From: Candidatus Latescibacterota bacterium
GTDB taxonomy: Bacteria; Latescibacterota; UBA2968; UBA8231
Length of the DNA stretch: 64,000 bases
Reading direction: 5' to 3'
Assembly: GCA_965221775.1 (NCBI GenBank)
Contig: CBDCSU010000006.1
Coordinates: 2,144,001 to 2,208,000, forward strand
Of the stretch, positions 22,947 to 31,685 are shown in pieces (within the stretch, counting starts at the first letter, position 1; each line of letters begins with the position of its first letter). The translations under genes were made by a program, and so were the position numbers. The notes under the pieces were generated by a model. It saw nothing but the letters and a program-made list of their open reading frames with translations, made no database searches and had not been told where the DNA came from.

Positions 22947-23861
22947 TCAGGCCCGGCGCGGCTCGGCCGTCCGCGGCGCCGTCTGCGACACGGCGATGCC
23001 GGCGGCCACGAGGGCCATGCTGCCGACCACCGCCGGAGTCGGCGCCTCGTCCAGGATCCACATGCTCAGCGCCACGCCCACGGCGGGGGTGACGAAGCCG
23101 TACACGCCGAGGCGGCCGGCGCTGTGGCGGGTCAGCAGGTGGACGAGGATGATGAAGCAGGCCCCGGCCACCACGACCCCCTGGTAGAGCACGCCCAGGA
23201 CCGCCCCCGCCTTCCAGGCGTACCCCGAAGTCCCTTCGAGGAGGAGGCTCAGGCCCGCGAAGACGGGCACGCTCAGCAGGGCCTGCCAGAACAGGACCTT
23301 GTAGGGATGGAGGCCCGAGACGAGGCGCTTGATCACCACCTGGCGCAGGCCCAGCAGGGAGGCGCTGAGCAGGACCACGGCGTCGCCCAGGAGGTAGGCG
23401 GTGGAGCGCCAGGAGAGGCTCTCGGCGAACATCCAGAGGATGCCGGCGAAGGAGAGGACCATGCCGAGCACCATGCGGGGCGCGAGCCGGTCTCCGGGGA
23501 TCAGCAGGTGGGAGAAGGCGGCGGTGAAGAAGGGATAGGCGGAGATCACCACGATGGCGCGGCTCGAAGTGGTGTGGTCGGAGCCGATGTTGAGGGCGGC
23601 GATCTGGGCGACGAAGAGCAGGGTGAGGCCGAGGAGGGGGCGCAACTGCCCCGGAGCCAGGTGCACCGGCTCCCGGGTGACGGCGGCGGCGATGGCGACC
23701 ACCGCCCAGCCGATGGCGAAGCGGGCGGCGCCGAGGGCCAGGGGCGGCAGGCCCTCCAGGCCGGCCTCGATGGCGACCTGGTTGCCGCCCCAGAGGACGG
23801 CGGTCAGCAGCGCCAGGGAGGCGGCGCCGGGACCGATGTGGTCGATGCGGTAGCCGGCCAA
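22947..23861 (-). CDS. DMT/EamA family permease
   Basis: About 10 TM; LWGGN, ARFAIG, PFFTAAFSHLLIPGDRL, TPAVGVALSMWILDE. Confidence 0.85.
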   Translation of the reverse strand: MAGYRIDHIGPGAASLALLTAVLWGGNQVAIEAGLEGLPPLALGAARFAIGWAVVAIAAAVTREPVHLAPGQLRPLLGLTLLFVAQIAALNIGSDHTTSSRAIVVISAYPFFTAAFSHLLIPGDRLAPRMVLGMVLSFAGILWMFAESLSWRSTAYLLGDAVVLLSASLLGLRQVVIKRLVSGLHPYKVLFWQALLSVPVFAGLSLLLEGTSGYAWKAGAVLGVLYQGVVVAGACFIILVHLLTRHSAGRLGVYGFVTPAVGVALSMWILDEAPTPAVVGSMALVAAGIAVSQTAPRTAEPRRA

Positions 23862-23871
23862 ACGGGCCCGG

Positions 23872-24531
23872 CTACTCGATCGTGGCGCTCAGGATGGCGT
23901 CGAGATTCGGGAAGTTCTTGTCGAGGAAGGCGTCGCCCTCCGCGCCGATGCGCTGCTGGTTGGAGGCCGGCGTGCTGCCGTACTCGGCGTTGAAGGACTC
24001 CACCACCTCCATGCCCTCCACGACCCGGCCGAAGGGGGAGAATCCCTGACTATCGAGGCCGGCATTGTTCTTGTAGTTGATGAAGAGTTGGGTGGTGCGC
24101 GTGTTCGGCCCGGCCATGGCGAAGGTGATGGTGCCGGCCTCGTTGCTGGTCATCACCGGGTCGTCGGGGATGCGGGCCTGGTGCCACACCTTGTTGAGGG
24201 CCGGGTCGCCGCTCATCCCCCACTGCACCACGAATCCCGGGATGACGCGGAAGAGCTTGGTTCCGTTGTAGTAGCCGTTGCGCACGAGGTTGTAGAACCG
24301 GTCGCTGCCGCGCGGCGCCAGCTTCCGCTCCACCTCGACCACGAACGTCCCCTTGGTGGTCTCGAACCTCGCCCGGAAGGTAGTCGGCGCCTCCTGTGTC
24401 ATCTCCGCGCCCGCCGGGTCCATCAGCACCTCCATGTCGTCTCCCATCGATCCCTCCTCCTCCGGGGTTCCGCAGGCGGTAAGGCCCGCCAGCGCCGCAG
24501 CGGCAATCGCTGCCATCCGTCTCATCTTCAT
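23872..24531 (-). CDS. Cyclophilin-type peptidyl-prolyl cis-trans isomerase, lipoprotein
   Basis: Lipobox LTAC; FRVIPGFVVQWG, GTITFAMAGPNTRTTQLFIN, PFGRVVEGMEVV. Confidence 0.92.
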   Translation of the reverse strand: MKMRRMAAIAAAALAGLTACGTPEEEGSMGDDMEVLMDPAGAEMTQEAPTTFRARFETTKGTFVVEVERKLAPRGSDRFYNLVRNGYYNGTKLFRVIPGFVVQWGMSGDPALNKVWHQARIPDDPVMTSNEAGTITFAMAGPNTRTTQLFINYKNNAGLDSQGFSPFGRVVEGMEVVESFNAEYGSTPASNQQRIGAEGDAFLDKNFPNLDAILSATIE

Positions 24532-24557
24532 CGTCTCCTCTTCCTTGTCACTTGCGG

Positions 24558-26825
24558 TTACAGCTGCCGGACCGCCGCCGCCAGCGCCCGCCGGGTGATG
24601 CCGAAGTGCCCCCAGGTCTCCATGTGTCCGTCGGAAGGGGCCGTCGTCGGATCGGTGATCCCCACGTGGGCCGCGGGCAGGCCCGCGTCGGCCGCCTTGG
24701 ACGCCACCAGACCCGCGAAGCCGCGCACGCCGGTCTGGGGCGTGCCGATGAATCCGTCCTCCACGGTGACGACCCCGCCGGGGTAGGGGGCCAGCAGTCT
24801 CTCCAGCTCGCGCTCGGACAGCGGCAAGCCGTTGACGATGTGCACGTCGGTGGGCAGACCCTGCCGGCCCAGGGCCTCCGCCGCCTCACCGGCGAGGAAG
24901 GCCGGCGCCCCGAAGGCGAGGATCGCCCGCTCGGCGCCCTCGTTACGGCGGTACGCTGTGACCGCCTCCCACGGGTCCGCCGCTTCCCACAGCGGCCCGG
25001 AGCCGTCCTGCTTCTCCAGCACCGGCAGGTTGTCCCGCGGAATGCCGATGACGTGACCGCCGTAGTGGGCGGCGAGATCGGCCACGGCGAGGAAGGCGGC
25101 GCGGGCGTCGGCGGGCGCGTAGAACCGGTGCAGGTAGGGCAGGTAGGTGAGCCCCACGTTGATCCAGTCCAGGCCCCAGCCGGAGAAGTGGTCGCGGCCG
25201 GTGCAGGCGCCCACGTGGGAGAGGTGGAAGGTGACGTTGAGTCCCTCGTTGACGCCGCTGAGGTTGCGCTGGTAGCGCCACATGTCGAAGCCCTCGCGGG
25301 CGATGCCCTCGAAGAAGGCGGCGAAGGTGGAGACCACGTTCAGCTGGGGCTCGCGGGAGCTGACGGCGAGGCCGTCGGCGATCAGGCACGCGGCCTGCTC
25401 CTCGATGCTCATCTCGAAGGCGTGGTCCGGCGCCAGCAGGGCCCTGGCCTTGCCGAGCTTGGTCGAGGCGTCGAGGTCGCAGCTGACCACGAACATCGCC
25501 TCCGGATGGGCGGCGGCGACGGCGGCGTACCCGGCCTCGGAGCCGTTGCGGGGGCTCACCCTCTCCCCCGTGGACGGCAGATCGGCGGCCGACCGCTGGT
25601 CGTCCGTCAGCGCGAGGTTGGGGCTGCCGGGCGCCGGCCGGGCGCGGGTGACGACCTCGCGGGGCGCCCTCCTGCGCAGCCGGCCGAGGGCGGCGCTCTG
25701 GTCCCCGGTGGTCTGGAACATCGGCCCCGCCAGGACCTCGGCCTCGTCGCGGTCCTTCATGTGTCCGTCGTGGTGGCCCTCGCCGCCGGGCAGGTCGTTC
25801 ACCAGGAAGAGGCACTCCACCATGGGGCCGTCGTCGCGGAAGCTCATGAGCGACCCGGGGACCCACACGGGGCGGTCCATGGAGACGCCGTTGGCCGCGG
25901 CCATCGCCTCGACCCGCTCGGTGACGCCGTAGCGCTCGCCGAACCAGCGCAGGTCGACGATGCCGTGGTCCTCGTGAGAGCGGTAGCCGGTGGGGTAGAT
26001 CAGGTTCGGCGTGCCTTCCTGCGCCAGGCGCCAGCCCTCGCGGTAAGCGTCGAAGAGGGCGGCGGAGTCGTGGAGGGTGGGGATCTCGAGGATGCGCACG
26101 CCGAGGGACTCGATGATCGGCCGCGGGTCCTTGTCCATGATCGACCGGGTGGCGCCGGAGAGCTGGATGCCGTTGCGGTGCATGACGAAGGTGACCGGCG
26201 CGCGGCCCACGTCGGCGCCGTTGAAGCCGTTGAGGGCCTGCCCCGAGACCCAGCCGGCGTCGCCGCAGTGGGCCACGACCCAGGCGCCGTCGTCGCGCCG
26301 CGCCCCCTTGCCGAGGGCCATGCCGACGGCGGCGGGGATCATGACGCCGAGGCGCCCGCCGTTGAGCTGGGTGCCGCCGGGGAGCCAGGAGACGTGGCCG
26401 GGCAGGTCGAGGCCGCGGCGGAAGTCGTCGACCACGGCGTCGTCGTCGATGAACCCGTAAGCGGCCAGGGCCGCGTAGTAGCCGACGCTCGTGTGGGCGT
26501 GCTCGATGGTGTAGTCGACGCGCTCGTAGTCGGTGACGGCCAGGGTGAGGGTGAGGGCGGGGATCAGCTCGAGGCCGCCGCCGAGGTGGTCCAGCTCGCC
26601 GATGGCGGCCAGCGAGGCCAGCGACCGGATGGCGGTGCGCGCCGCCTCGATCTGCAGTCCCTCCAGGGCGTCGACCTGCACGCCGGCCAGCTCCTTCGCC
26701 GATGCGATGTCGACGGTCAGGGGCAGGACGGTGGAGTCGACGCTGTGGCCGAGGTAGCGGGTGCCGGACAGGAGCTTCCGGTTGCGGCGGGCCTGGCCGG
26801 AGACGGCGGCCTGGATGCTGTTCAT
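24558..26825 (-). CDS. Divergent single-chain transketolase-like ThDP enzyme
   Basis: DHLGGGL, LPGHV, GRLGVMIPAAVGMALG, ThDP motif variant GDA...HRNGIQLSG, CDLDAST, EMSIEEQ, STFAAF, VTVEDG. Confidence 0.78.
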   Translation of the reverse strand: MNSIQAAVSGQARRNRKLLSGTRYLGHSVDSTVLPLTVDIASAKELAGVQVDALEGLQIEAARTAIRSLASLAAIGELDHLGGGLELIPALTLTLAVTDYERVDYTIEHAHTSVGYYAALAAYGFIDDDAVVDDFRRGLDLPGHVSWLPGGTQLNGGRLGVMIPAAVGMALGKGARRDDGAWVVAHCGDAGWVSGQALNGFNGADVGRAPVTFVMHRNGIQLSGATRSIMDKDPRPIIESLGVRILEIPTLHDSAALFDAYREGWRLAQEGTPNLIYPTGYRSHEDHGIVDLRWFGERYGVTERVEAMAAANGVSMDRPVWVPGSLMSFRDDGPMVECLFLVNDLPGGEGHHDGHMKDRDEAEVLAGPMFQTTGDQSAALGRLRRRAPREVVTRARPAPGSPNLALTDDQRSAADLPSTGERVSPRNGSEAGYAAVAAAHPEAMFVVSCDLDASTKLGKARALLAPDHAFEMSIEEQAACLIADGLAVSSREPQLNVVSTFAAFFEGIAREGFDMWRYQRNLSGVNEGLNVTFHLSHVGACTGRDHFSGWGLDWINVGLTYLPYLHRFYAPADARAAFLAVADLAAHYGGHVIGIPRDNLPVLEKQDGSGPLWEAADPWEAVTAYRRNEGAERAILAFGAPAFLAGEAAEALGRQGLPTDVHIVNGLPLSERELERLLAPYPGGVVTVEDGFIGTPQTGVRGFAGLVASKAADAGLPAAHVGITDPTTAPSDGHMETWGHFGITRRALAAAVRQL

Positions 26826-26902
26826 GTTCTCTTCCTGCTGGGGGAGCCGGGGGGCGCCTTAGGGTACCGCCGGTCCGCCCCCCCGGCAAGCAGCGGGCCG
26901 GG

Positions 26903-27949
26903 TCACTCCCCCTCCCAGTACCCCACCGCGTCGGCCTTGCGGAACCTCCCGGCTCGCAGGCCCACCTTGCCCGAGTCGGGGTACTCGCACACGTCGTGGT
27001 CCAGCCGTTCTCCGAGCGCCAGCAGCACGCAGTCGCCGGAACTCTCGTTGGTGAACTTGTGCGCCCCCGCCGGCCCCGGCGGGAAGGCGATGCAGGCCCC
27101 GGCGCGCACCGGCCAGGAGCCGCGGTCCGTGCGCATCGTGCACTCGCCCTCCAGGACGACGAACAACTCCTCCGCGTAGTGGTGCAGGTGGTATGGACAG
27201 ATCGACTGCCCCGGCGGCCGGCGGATCAACTGGTATCCCAGCCTGCGGGCGCCCACGAGAGGATCCAGGTCCTTGTGATCCCAGCGGTATCCCTCCCGAT
27301 CGAGGCCGCGGACCCACGGCAGATCGTCGGGGTAGATGTGGTTGATGTGGATGTCGTTGCGCGCCTCCAGGCAGCGCAGCAGCTGCTCGCGGGCCCCGGT
27401 GACGAGGGAGTGCCCGTCGCCGACCAGCATGGCGTCGAACCGGAGGGCGAGCAGCTTGCGGCACTCCAGGGCGGCTTCGGGCGCGTCGTCGAGCTTCTCG
27501 TCGGCCAGCAGGCTCAGCCGTCCCACGGGCGCGCCCACCACCAGATCCCCCGCCAGGACCACCTCCCGCTCGGGCCAGTACACGGCGATCTCGCCCGGGC
27601 TCTTGCCGTGCTCCAGGGGCACGGCTTCCAGACCGGGGAGGATCTCCCCCTCGCCGACGGCGCGGTCGACACTCACGCCCAGAGTGTCCGCGTCGGCCTC
27701 GTGGGCGATCACCCGCGCGCCGGTGAGTTCCCGGAAGGCGCCGGCCTCGCGCTCGTGGTCGCGGTTGGTGAGCACGATCCACGCCGCCCCTCCCAGCCGC
27801 TCGAGCTGGGCCAGGTCGGACTCGATCATCGGCACTGGATCGAAGAGGACGTTCCCCTCCTCCCGCACCCACAGATGGCCGTTGAAGTCGATCTGCCGGT
27901 CCTCATTGAAGACGGACCAGCAGTACACATCGGGAAAGACCTGCTTCAT
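26903..27949 (-). CDS. MBL-fold protein fused to a C-terminal cupin domain
   Basis: Start MKQVFPD after AGGAGG; MBL-like LTNRDHERE, HGKSPGE, AGDLVVG, LVGDG; cupin PYHLHHYAEELFVVLEG...AHKFTN...YPDSGK. Confidence 0.8.
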   Translation of the reverse strand: MKQVFPDVYCWSVFNEDRQIDFNGHLWVREEGNVLFDPVPMIESDLAQLERLGGAAWIVLTNRDHEREAGAFRELTGARVIAHEADADTLGVSVDRAVGEGEILPGLEAVPLEHGKSPGEIAVYWPEREVVLAGDLVVGAPVGRLSLLADEKLDDAPEAALECRKLLALRFDAMLVGDGHSLVTGAREQLLRCLEARNDIHINHIYPDDLPWVRGLDREGYRWDHKDLDPLVGARRLGYQLIRRPPGQSICPYHLHHYAEELFVVLEGECTMRTDRGSWPVRAGACIAFPPGPAGAHKFTNESSGDCVLLALGERLDHDVCEYPDSGKVGLRAGRFRKADAVGYWEGE

Positions 27950-28041
27950 GGGGGCAACCTCCTGGTCAGGTGATGGGCCGGAGGCAATCTCTCCGACCTC
28001 GTTGGGGGCCTTTGACAGGGCGAACAGGTGGGGCGACAACG

Positions 28042-28211
28042 CCCAACCCGTTCAACCCGTCCCGACGATTCTCTTGGGTCAGGTGGTCGTACTCTTGTCG
28101 TGGGACGCGACCGACGATACCGGACACGGCGTGTCGTCGGGGATTTGCTGCTACCGGCTTCAGGCGGGCGAATCGTTTCAGGCCGTCAAGAAGATGCTGC
28201 TACTCAGGTAG
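28042..28211 (+). pseudogene. Frameshifted relic of an FlgD-Ig/secretion-sorting C-terminal domain
   Basis: PNPFNPS in one frame, then ILLGQVV..WDATDDTGHGVSSGICCYRLQAGESFQAVKKMLLLR* in another. Confidence 0.6.
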
Positions 28212-28277
28212 CCGGTGCCGGAGTCTTCAGGCGGTGCGCCTGATGTCGGGTCGCCCGCAGGTAGGGAGCATGTGCCA

Positions 28278-28613
28278 TCAGCCGTGCGCCGGTGCGCCGC
28301 GGGCGTCCGCTTCTGACTCGAGCGCCGCTTCGGCACGCAGCTTCAGGCCCAGCGCGCCGACGACCCTGAGGACGGTTTCGAAGGTCGGATTGCGGTCCCC
28401 GGAGAGCGCCTTGTAGAGGCTCTCGCGCGAAAGGCCGGCCTCCGTCGCCACCTGCGCCATTCCCCGCGCGCGAGCGATGTCGCCGAGAGCCTTGGCTACG
28501 AACGCGGCATCGCCCTCCGCCTCCTCGATGGAGGCTTCCAGATACGCGGCCATTTCCTCGCGAGTGCGAAGGTGCTCAGCAACGTCGTAGGGCATTGTAG
28601 CGGTCTTCGCCAT
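28278..28613 (-). CDS. Addiction-module antidote protein (HTH antitoxin, HI1420-like)
   Basis: YDVAEHL..EEMAAYLEA...ALGDIARARGMAQVA.EAGLSRESLYKALSGDRNPTFETV. Confidence 0.9.
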   Translation of the reverse strand: MAKTATMPYDVAEHLRTREEMAAYLEASIEEAEGDAAFVAKALGDIARARGMAQVATEAGLSRESLYKALSGDRNPTFETVLRVVGALGLKLRAEAALESEADARGAPAHG

Positions 28614-28622
28614 GGTCTTCAC

Positions 28623-28913
28623 CTACAGGTTTCTCGCCAGCCGCAGGGCCGTGTCGATGTCGTCGCTCTGGGTGCGCTTGTCGCCGCCCGCGAGCAGTAC
28701 GACGACTGTGCGATCCTGCCTCTTGAAATACACCCGGTAGCCCGGTCCGTAGTCGATTCGGATCTCCGAAACGCCTTCGCCCACGGGCCTCACGTCGCCC
28801 GGGTTGCCCGCCGCCAGCCGCTCGACCCGAACGAGCACCCGGGCGCGAGCGCGGACATCCCTCAAGCCGTCGAGCCAGCTAGCATAGACCTCCGTCCTGC
28901 GGACTTCCAGCAC
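28623..28913 (-). CDS. Addiction-module killer protein (RelE/ParE-like toxin, HI1419-like)
   Basis: WLDGLRD.RARARV..RVERLAAGNPGDV.PVGEGVSEIRIDYGPGYRVYF...LLAGGDKRTQ. Confidence 0.9.
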   Translation of the reverse strand: MLEVRRTEVYASWLDGLRDVRARARVLVRVERLAAGNPGDVRPVGEGVSEIRIDYGPGYRVYFKRQDRTVVVLLAGGDKRTQSDDIDTALRLARNL

Positions 28914-28919
28914 CCGCCC

Positions 28920-28949
28920 AAAGTAGCCGACAGGCTACACCGCTGTCAA
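28920..28949 (-). promoter_or_regulatory. sigma70 promoter with overlapping palindromic operator for the TA operon
   Basis: TTGACA (28949-28944)-18 nt-TACTTT (28925-28920); inverted repeat GTAGCC-GACA-GGCTAC at 28923-28938. Confidence 0.7.
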
Positions 28950-29001
28950 TTCCCTCCTGGACGTCTCAGTGCCCAGACGGTGCTGCGGTGCTACGAGCAG
29001 G

Positions 29002-29064
29002 CCGACGAAGGACTCCGCCGTTGGGACCGTCTCCTGGGCGCGCATCAAGGCCGCCCTGCAGTAG
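29002..29064 (+). pseudogene. Orphan C-terminal tail resembling the 'AV-x3-SW-x2-IK' sorting motif
   Basis: PTKDSAVGTVSWARIKAALQ* with no plausible upstream gene body. Confidence 0.4.
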
Positions 29065-29163
29065 AGGCCCTCCCGGCCCGCAAGCCTGGAGCCGCGTCCC
29101 CCGCGGCTCTATCTTGAGGCCCCTCGCCCTCGCAGCGCCGGATCAACCAGAAGGCACCCGCCC

Positions 29164-30366
29164 TTGAGCGCCGACCGCAGACCGAAGATCGCCGCCGTGG
29201 TCACGGAGTACCGCAAGTTCTCCCACGGCCAGCACATCGTCGACCGCTTCCTGGAGGGCTACGGCTGGAACGGGCGCCACCACCACCCGCCAATGGACCT
29301 GGTCTCCCTCTATGTCGATCAGCACCCGGAGGGCGACCTCACGCCGGACCGCCTCGCCCGGTTCCCCGAGGTCCGAGGGGTGCCCACCATCGCCGACGCT
29401 CTCACCCTGGGCGGGTCCGACCTGGCCGTCGACGGGGTGCTGCTCGTCGGCGAGCACGGCCAGTACGGCCGCAACGAGAAGGGCCAGCAGCTCTACCCCC
29501 GGTACGAGTTCTTCCAGCAGATCGTCTCCGTGTACCGCACCACCGGCCGCTCGGCGCCGGTCTTCAACGACAAGCATCTCTCCTGGAACTGGGACTGGGC
29601 CCGACAGATGTACGACCAGTCCGTGGAGTTGGGCTTCGCCTTCATGGCCGGCTCGTCCCTGCCCGTCACCTGGCGCACGCCCTCCCTGGAGATGCCCCTC
29701 GGGGCGCGGGTGGAGGAGGCGGTCTGCGTCTGCTACGGCGGCGTCGACAGCTACGACTTCCACGGTCTGGAGACGTTGCAGTGCATGGTCGAGCGCCGGG
29801 AGGGGGGCGAGCACGGCGTCGTCGGGCTGCAGGCGTACCGCGACGAGCGGTTCTGGCAGGCCCATCACGACGGGGTGTGGTCGAGGGAGCTGTTCGAGTC
29901 GGCCCTGAGCCGCAGCCACACCCTTTCCCAGCCGCGTCCGGGATTCAACGACGTGCTGCCGAACATCGACGAGTTGAAGCAGCTCTGCGAGAGCCCCGTG
30001 GCCTACGTCTACGAGCACGCCGACGGCCTGCGCTGCGCCATGCTGTTGATGGGCGGCCTCGTGCAGGACTTCAACTTCGCCGGGCGGCTGGCGGGCGAGG
30101 ACCGGCCCCTGTCGACGCAGATGTACCTGCCCATGCCGCCGGCCCGCACCTCGCTCGCCAACTTTTTCAGCCCCCAGGTGAACAACGTGGAGCGCATGTT
30201 CCTCACCGGGGAGGCCTCCTACCCGGTGGAGCGTACCCTGATGACGACGGGACTGACGGCGGCGGGAGTCGACAGCCTTCACCAGGAACAGGCGCGCCTG
30301 GAGACGCCGCACCTGGCCGAGGTGACCTACCAGCCGAACCCCGAGTCCACCTTCTGGCGCACGTGA
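29164..30366 (+). CDS. Conserved hypothetical protein, distant Gfo/Idh/MocA-like oxidoreductase (paralog A)
   Basis: TTG start; KIAAVVTEY, DGVLLVGEHGQY, PVFNDKHLS, AGSSLPVTWR, YDFHGLETLQCMVERR, YPVERTL. Confidence 0.75.
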   Translation: MSADRRPKIAAVVTEYRKFSHGQHIVDRFLEGYGWNGRHHHPPMDLVSLYVDQHPEGDLTPDRLARFPEVRGVPTIADALTLGGSDLAVDGVLLVGEHGQYGRNEKGQQLYPRYEFFQQIVSVYRTTGRSAPVFNDKHLSWNWDWARQMYDQSVELGFAFMAGSSLPVTWRTPSLEMPLGARVEEAVCVCYGGVDSYDFHGLETLQCMVERREGGEHGVVGLQAYRDERFWQAHHDGVWSRELFESALSRSHTLSQPRPGFNDVLPNIDELKQLCESPVAYVYEHADGLRCAMLLMGGLVQDFNFAGRLAGEDRPLSTQMYLPMPPARTSLANFFSPQVNNVERMFLTGEASYPVERTLMTTGLTAAGVDSLHQEQARLETPHLAEVTYQPNPESTFWRT

Positions 30367-30374
30367 GGACGGAG

Positions 30375-31565
30375 ATGCCCGACGACCGCGAAATGAGGCT
30401 GGCGGTGGTGGCCACCATCTACCGCTACCTGTCCCACGCCCAGCACTTCGCCGACCGCTTTCTCGTGGGTTACCCGTACGAGGGCGAGTGGCGGCGGTCG
30501 CCCGGGCGGATCGTGTCGCTCTTCGTCGATCAGAGTCCCGAGGGCGATCAGGCCGTGGACCGGGGGCGGGAGTTCGGCTTCGAGGTCTACCCAACGGTGG
30601 CCGAGGCCCTGCGCTGCGGCGGCGGCGAGTTGGCCGTGGACGGCGTGCTGCTCATCGGCGAGCACGGGGAGTACCCGGACAACGAGTTGGGGCAGAAGCT
30701 CTACCCGAGGTACGAGCTGTTCAAGGAGTGCGTTGCCGTCTTCGAGGCCGACGGGCGGGCGGTGCCGGTCTACAACGACAAGCACCTCTCCTACAGCTTC
30801 GACTATGCCCGGGAGATGGTGGACGACGGGCGCCGCCTTGGCTTCCCCATCCTGGCCGGGTCGTCGCTGCCGGTTACATGGAGGCTCCCGGACCTGGAGC
30901 TTCCGTACGGCACCGGCATCGAGGAGGCGCTGATGATCGGCGTCGGCGGCTCCGACGCCATGGACTACCACGCTCTCGAGGCGATGCAGTGCATGATCGA
31001 GCGCCGCCGGGGCGGCGAGACCGGCGTCGCCGCGGTGCAGATGATCGAGGGGGACGAGGTCTGGGAGGCCGGCCGCGAGGGCCGCTGGTCGATGCGGCTG
31101 CTGGAGGCGGCCCTGTCGCGCTCGGACAGCCCCCGGGGCGCGACGCTGGAGGACGGCCGCACCCAGGACCTGCTCGCCTCGGGCGAGATCGAGCGCCTCG
31201 TCGAGGCACCCGCCGCCTATCTGCTGGAGTTCCGCGACGGCCTGCGGGCGACGCTGCTGATGGTCAACGGCGCCGTGGGCGACTACTGCTTCGCCGCGCG
31301 CCTGGAGGGGGAGGCCGACCCGGTGTCGTGCCAGTTCCTGCTGACGCCGACGCCGAACGTCACCTACTCGGCCTGCCTGGTGGCCAAGATCGACGAGATG
31401 CTGGCCACCGGGGCGGCGCCCTTCCCGGCGGAACGGACGCTGATCGTCTGCGGGATTCTGGAGAGCTGCCTGCGCTCCCGGCACGCGGGAAACCGGCGCC
31501 TGGAGACGCCCCACCTCGACGTCGAGTACCTCGCCCCCGAGGCCTCCCACCACGCCCACAGGTAG
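30375..31565 (+). CDS. Conserved hypothetical protein, paralog B of the upstream gene
   Basis: ATG after GAGGA/GGAG; DGVLLIGEHGEY, PVYNDKHLS, AGSSLPVTWR, DYHALEAMQCMIERR, FPAERTL. Confidence 0.75.
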   Translation: MPDDREMRLAVVATIYRYLSHAQHFADRFLVGYPYEGEWRRSPGRIVSLFVDQSPEGDQAVDRGREFGFEVYPTVAEALRCGGGELAVDGVLLIGEHGEYPDNELGQKLYPRYELFKECVAVFEADGRAVPVYNDKHLSYSFDYAREMVDDGRRLGFPILAGSSLPVTWRLPDLELPYGTGIEEALMIGVGGSDAMDYHALEAMQCMIERRRGGETGVAAVQMIEGDEVWEAGREGRWSMRLLEAALSRSDSPRGATLEDGRTQDLLASGEIERLVEAPAAYLLEFRDGLRATLLMVNGAVGDYCFAARLEGEADPVSCQFLLTPTPNVTYSACLVAKIDEMLATGAAPFPAERTLIVCGILESCLRSRHAGNRRLETPHLDVEYLAPEASHHAHR

Positions 31566-31685
31566 GCGGGCGCGCCGCCAAGGCGCGCCGCTCGCGTTCA
31601 TCGGGGGCCTGGCGCCACGAGGCGCCCTGTAGCGCCCCGGCCGCTGACTCCGCCGCCGGCCGCGTATCCCGCCGCCAGGCGCGGG

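Noticed and set aside
24552-27179. 875-aa plus-strand ORF
   Set aside because: Shadow of the transketolase-like and cupin genes
31566-31685. Cluster of short GC hairpins between convergent genes
   Set aside because: Short palindromes are expected at this GC content; no U-tract and no second copy seen
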